Part shown: positions 60,273 through 64,000 of the stretch, piece after piece
Layout: the number at the start of each line of letters is the position of its first letter
Numbering within the stretch: position 1 is the stretch's first letter
From: Acidobacteriota bacterium
Lineage (GTDB): Bacteria; Acidobacteriota; UBA6911; JACQSX01
Length of the DNA: 64,000 nucleotides
Assembly: GCA_036507075.1 (NCBI GenBank)
Contig: DASXQR010000083.1
Location: 1 to 64,000 of the forward strand
Direction of reading: 5' to 3'
Made by a program: the position numbers and the translations under genes
The notes under the pieces: generated by a model
Told to the model about the DNA's origin: nothing
What the model saw: only the letters and a program-made list of their open reading frames with translations
Database searches by the model: none

Positions 60273-61312
60273 GACGGACCTCGCGCGCACCTGCTGTGTA
60301 TGAAGTGCAGGTATTGCTTGCGCCGCTGCGTCGTTTGCACGAGAAGATCAGAGACGCGGTAGTCGCGGCCTGCGAGCGGGCGGCACTTGAAGATCTGGCG
60401 CGTGTTGAGGATGACTGCTCAGAAGGCGACACCATTTATGCCGTCGATCGCATCAGTGAGGATTTACTGATTGAATTATTCGAGAGCGAGATTGCCCCGG
60501 TTGCCCCGCTTGTTCTAATCGGCGAAGGCCTGGCGGGCGGCAAGGTGGCCCTGCCTCGCGGGACGGTCGAATCGAATGCGCTTTGGCGCGTTATAGTTGA
60601 TCCGATAGACGGCACGCGGGGTTTGATGTATCAGAAACGAAGCGCCTGGGTTTTGACGGGTGTGGCGCCGAATCGCGGAAGCGAAACCAATCTGCAGGAC
60701 ATCGAGCTCGCCCTGCAGACTGAGATTCCGCTCGTCAAACAGCACCTGTGCGATGCGCTTTGGGCCATCCGCGGCAGGGGAGCCAATGCCGAGCGGTACA
60801 ACCGTCTAAGCGGTGAACGCCGGCTGCTGCGACTGCAGCCTTCACAAGCGCGCAGCATTCGCCATGGTTTTGCCGGCCTGGCGCGTTTTTTCCCCGGCGC
60901 TCGCGAAGAACTGGCGGCAATTGACGAGGAGATCGTGCGCGGCGCGCTCGGTGATGCAACGCAGGGCAAGGCGCATTGTTTTGAGGATCAATACCTGTCC
61001 AGCGCCGGACAGATTTACGAACTGATGGCAGGTCATGATCGTTTTGTGGCCGATTTGCGTCCGCTGATGGAGCCATTGCTCAGGCGGCGCGGGCAGGCGC
61101 TGGGCATCTGCTGCCACCCTTACGACCTCTGTACCGAGCTGATCGCACGCGAAACAGGCGTTATCGTCACCGATGAGAATGGCAATGCTCTGCGCGCGCC
61201 GCTCAATGCGGAAGCCGATCTCGCGTGGGCGGGTTATGCAAACAAGTACATTCGAGAAGAAATCGAACCTTTGCTCCAGCGTGCTCTTAAAAGTCGCGGC
61301 CTCACTTTGTGA
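60269..61312 (+). CDS. Inositol monophosphatase (FIG) superfamily protein
   Basis: [11 protein letters not shown] and HPYD. ATGA overlap with galT. Confidence 0.8.
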   Translation: MRRTSRAPAVYEVQVLLAPLRRLHEKIRDAVVAACERAALEDLARVEDDCSEGDTIYAVDRISEDLLIELFESEIAPVAPLVLIGEGLAGGKVALPRGTVESNALWRVIVDPIDGTRGLMYQKRSAWVLTGVAPNRGSETNLQDIELALQTEIPLVKQHLCDALWAIRGRGANAERYNRLSGERRLLRLQPSQARSIRHGFAGLARFFPGAREELAAIDEEIVRGALGDATQGKAHCFEDQYLSSAGQIYELMAGHDRFVADLRPLMEPLLRRRGQALGICCHPYDLCTELIARETGVIVTDENGNALRAPLNAEADLAWAGYANKYIREEIEPLLQRALKSRGLTL

Positions 61313-61375
61313 TCTTTGTGTTACAAGTCGGCAACTTCTCGCTTTCTTTAACAGAGTTTTGTCTGGCGCCTACAA

Positions 61376-61475
61376 TCCTTCACCGCAGAGGCGCAGAGGA
61401 CGCAGAGAATGCGCAGAGTTTCGTTTGCATGTCTCTGCGTAACCTCTGCGTTCTCTGCGCCTCTGCGGTGAAGGA
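61376..61475. repeat. ACCRC-type palindrome (CGCAGAGG units)
   Basis: TCCTTCACCGCAGAGGCGCAGAGGACGCAGAG ... CTCTGCGTTCTCTGCGCCTCTGCGGTGAAGGA. Confidence 0.92.
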
Positions 61476-61615
61476 ATGTGACTTCCCACATCAGCATATG
61501 ACGATCAGGCTGCCAAGCGGGAACATCCTATTTTTGGTTGCGGCTTTGCCGGGCCGCGTCTTTGTGGTGAAAATTCATAGGTAATCCAAGTACCAGCCCC
61601 CGGGTGTGCAATCGC

Positions 61616-63109
61616 ATGAAGCAACAGGCAGGAATGTATCAGATCATTCGCGGCGCCACACATAACCTGCCCGATGTCGAACAATTTATTGCGACTCTGA
61701 ACAGGCTCGAGCAGAGCCCGGTGCCTGAGGCGCACTGGCTTTTTGATCCCGACAGGGAACTCATCGTTACGCGAGCGCCGGGGCGGTTGGACGTGATGGG
61801 CGGCATCGCGGACTACTCCGGCTCGCTGGTCCTGGAGCTGCCCATTCAGGAAGCCACACTGGTGGCCCTCCAGCATGATTCCTCTCGCCGGCTCAAGATT
61901 GTCAGCTTGTCGGAAGATTCCAGCCAGGGTTTGGTCTTTGAGATGCCGCTGGCGGATTTTGAGAGCGAAGGGACGCCCATAGATTACGAAATTGCCCGCG
62001 CCTGCTTTCAGCGCGACCCGGCGCGGCACTGGGCGGCGTATGTGGCGGGTGTGTTTCTGGCGCTGATGCGCGAACGCCGCATCCATTTTCAAGACGGGGC
62101 ACGAATGCTGATTGCCTCACGCGTTCCACCGGGAAAGGGAGTAAGCTCGTCAGCCGCGCTCGAGGTCGCCGTCATGCAGGCGGTTGCCACGGCATTCGAG
62201 GTCCAGATCCAATCGCGCGAGATGGCACTGCTGTGCCAGAAGGTTGAGAATCTGGTGGCTGGTGCGCCATGCGGCGTTATGGATCAAATGACAGCCGTCT
62301 GCGGACAAACCAACCGCCTGCTCGCCCTGTTTTGTCAGCCTGCAGAACTGCGCGAAATGATCGTGCTTCCGGACAAGATCTCGTTCTGGGGCTTGGATTC
62401 CGGAATGCGCCACGCGGTCAGCGGCTCCGACTATGAGTCTGTGCGCGTTGGAACATTCATGGGCTATCGAATCATCGCTGAGCTGGCGGGTCTGAAGGCC
62501 CGGATAACAGCGCCTGGCGAATCTGTTCGCATTGACGATCCGTATTGGGGAGGCTATCTGGCGAACCTGACGCTGTCGGAGTTCGAGCAACACTACGCTA
62601 TGCACCTGCCAGAACAAATCCGCGGCTCGGATTTCCTGTCGCGCTATCATGGCACGACCGATTCGGTGACCCGGGTTGCGCCTGATCGAAGCTACGCGGT
62701 GCGGGTCCCGACTGCTCACGCCATCTACGAGCACTGGCGCGTGAGCCGCTTTGCGGCGTTGATCGGCGGCGCGGCGCATGCGCAGACCTTAGAGTCGTTG
62801 GGCGAGCTGATGTATCAGTCACATGCAAGTTACTCGGCATGCGGGCTGGGTTCGGCGCGCACGGACCGACTGGTCCAACTGGTTCGCGAAGCCGGGCCGG
62901 CTCAAGGGCTTTACGGCGCCAAGATCACTGGCGGAGGCAGCGGCGGCACGGTCGCCATCCTCGCCCGCCCCGACGCGGACGAGTTGATAGCACGCGTGGC
63001 TGAACAGTACGCCACAGAGACAGGCCACCAGCCGCAGATTTTCTCCGGCTCCTCGCCCGGCAGCGCCGCCTTCGGACATTTGAAGCTGATCCGAGACGCT
63101 TCAAAGTAG
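61616..63109 (+). CDS. GHMP sugar kinase resembling the plant L-arabinokinase (ARA1) kinase domain
   Basis: RAPGRLDVMGGIADYSGSLVL, PPGKGVSSSAA, CQKVEN...GAPCGVMDQ, MYQSHASY and GAKITGGGSGG. Confidence 0.85.
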   Translation: MKQQAGMYQIIRGATHNLPDVEQFIATLNRLEQSPVPEAHWLFDPDRELIVTRAPGRLDVMGGIADYSGSLVLELPIQEATLVALQHDSSRRLKIVSLSEDSSQGLVFEMPLADFESEGTPIDYEIARACFQRDPARHWAAYVAGVFLALMRERRIHFQDGARMLIASRVPPGKGVSSSAALEVAVMQAVATAFEVQIQSREMALLCQKVENLVAGAPCGVMDQMTAVCGQTNRLLALFCQPAELREMIVLPDKISFWGLDSGMRHAVSGSDYESVRVGTFMGYRIIAELAGLKARITAPGESVRIDDPYWGGYLANLTLSEFEQHYAMHLPEQIRGSDFLSRYHGTTDSVTRVAPDRSYAVRVPTAHAIYEHWRVSRFAALIGGAAHAQTLESLGELMYQSHASYSACGLGSARTDRLVQLVREAGPAQGLYGAKITGGGSGGTVAILARPDADELIARVAEQYATETGHQPQIFSGSSPGSAAFGHLKLIRDASK

Positions 63110-63138
63110 CGCCTGGGCCGCAGCTCCGCTGCCCCCAA

Positions 63139-63412
63139 CGTAGCGACGCGGCATGCCGCGTCAGAGTCAGGCCGCGACATGTCGCGGCCAGGAAAGGATG
63201 CAGCCTTGCTCATCGTGTTGGAAAAAGAGCCCGCCGTTTTTTTTGGCGGGCGCCAGCATGTGGCCCATGGCGAAGCGAAGCGGAGCCGTGGGATTGCGAC
63301 TCTCTCAAAATGAGATCAGTCCGCCCGCTTTTCAGTGCGGGCGGCAGGCGCCCGCCCTGAAAAGCGGGCGGGCTGCTTTGCAGCGCTTGGGACGGCATGG
63401 CGCGTCTCTACG
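63139..63412. repeat. GTAG-type REP element expanded by nested hairpins
   Basis: Ends CGTAGCGACGCG ... CGCGTCTCTACG. Internal CCGCCCGCTTTTCAG...CTGAAAAGCGGGCGG hairpin. Confidence 0.75.
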
Positions 63413-63435
63413 GCTGAAAATTTACGATAGAGGCA

Positions 63436-64000
63436 ATGATGAAAATCACGAGAAAACAGCTCGCCATCGTCACATCAATAACACTCTGTTTCAGCGCGAT
63501 TAGCTCCATCGGCGAACAAAAACAGGTCCCTGAAGCGCGACCCGCCGCGCCTCGAGACGATTACCCCGTCAAGCCGGTGCCATTTACGGCCGTCCACTTC
63601 AACGACGTCTTCTGGGCGCCACGCATCGAGATCAATCGGACAGTCACGATCCCCTTCGCATTTCAGAAATGTGAGGAGACGGGACGCGTCGACAACTTCC
63701 TGCGCGCCGCCGCCGCGCTCAGGGGTGAAGTCTCCGGGGATAAGAAACTGCCGGGCTATCCTTTCGACGACACCGATTTATATAAAGTGATCGAAGGAGC
63801 TTCCTACGCGCTGAGCGTTCATCCAGATCCTAAGCTTGAGGCCTATGTCGATGGCCTGATTGAAAAGATTGCTGCCGCGCAGGAGAAAGACGGTTACCTC
63901 TACCCCGCTCGCACCATCGATCCGGAACATCCCCATCGGTGGGCGGGCGCCAAACGCTGGGAGTTGGAAAGGGTGGACAGCCATGAACTTTATAACCTCG
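63436..64000 (+). CDS. Glycoside hydrolase family 127 (beta-L-arabinofuranosidase-like), 5' part, runs off the window
   Basis: My translation (absent from the ORF track): signal peptide, DYPVKPVPF, FWAPR, GRVDNF, PFDDTDLYKVIEGASY, QEKDGYLY and SHELYNL. Confidence 0.88.
   Translation, partial: MMKITRKQLAIVTSITLCFSAISSIGEQKQVPEARPAAPRDDYPVKPVPFTAVHFNDVFWAPRIEINRTVTIPFAFQKCEETGRVDNFLRAAAALRGEVSGDKKLPGYPFDDTDLYKVIEGASYALSVHPDPKLEAYVDGLIEKIAAAQEKDGYLYPARTIDPEHPHRWAGAKRWELERVDSHELYNL

Overview
A GC-rich bacterial chromosomal segment, probably Acidobacteriota. That placement is inferred from the Oar-like TonB-dependent receptors, a VWFA-related protein, a PVC-type CxxCH protein and MacB-like permeases. 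It holds about 44 mostly housekeeping CDSs: MCM large subunit, dppD/F-like ATPases, a MacAB-like ABC system, moeA-moaC, skp, sppA, ldcA-mpl-VWA-glmS, queA, an MBOAT/SGNH pair, two TBDRs and a sugar-utilisation locus. No rRNA, tRNA, CRISPR array, integrase or transposase was seen. Five observations stand out. (1) Most larger intergenic gaps hold palindromic elements built from 6-10-nt periodic arms. One arm family forms a perfect 23-bp inverted repeat around a GxxExxY PD-(D/E)XK nuclease gene, suggesting a REP/RAYT-like mobile system, and some arms have been absorbed into coding sequence. (2) A nested 155-190-bp MITE-like element with a conserved unique core occurs three times. (3) An AhpD/CMD gene has an in-frame UGA in a CxxU motif followed by a SECIS-like hairpin, so it is a probable selenoprotein. 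(4) A TBDR islet is bounded by a 93-bp diverged duplication of the 3' end of the erythromycin-esterase-family gene. (5) A TBDR-galM-galT-IMPase-plant-type arabinokinase-GH127 locus with LacI-type operators may encode a Leloir-like L-arabinose salvage route. All calls were made by eye from motifs; no database searches were run.
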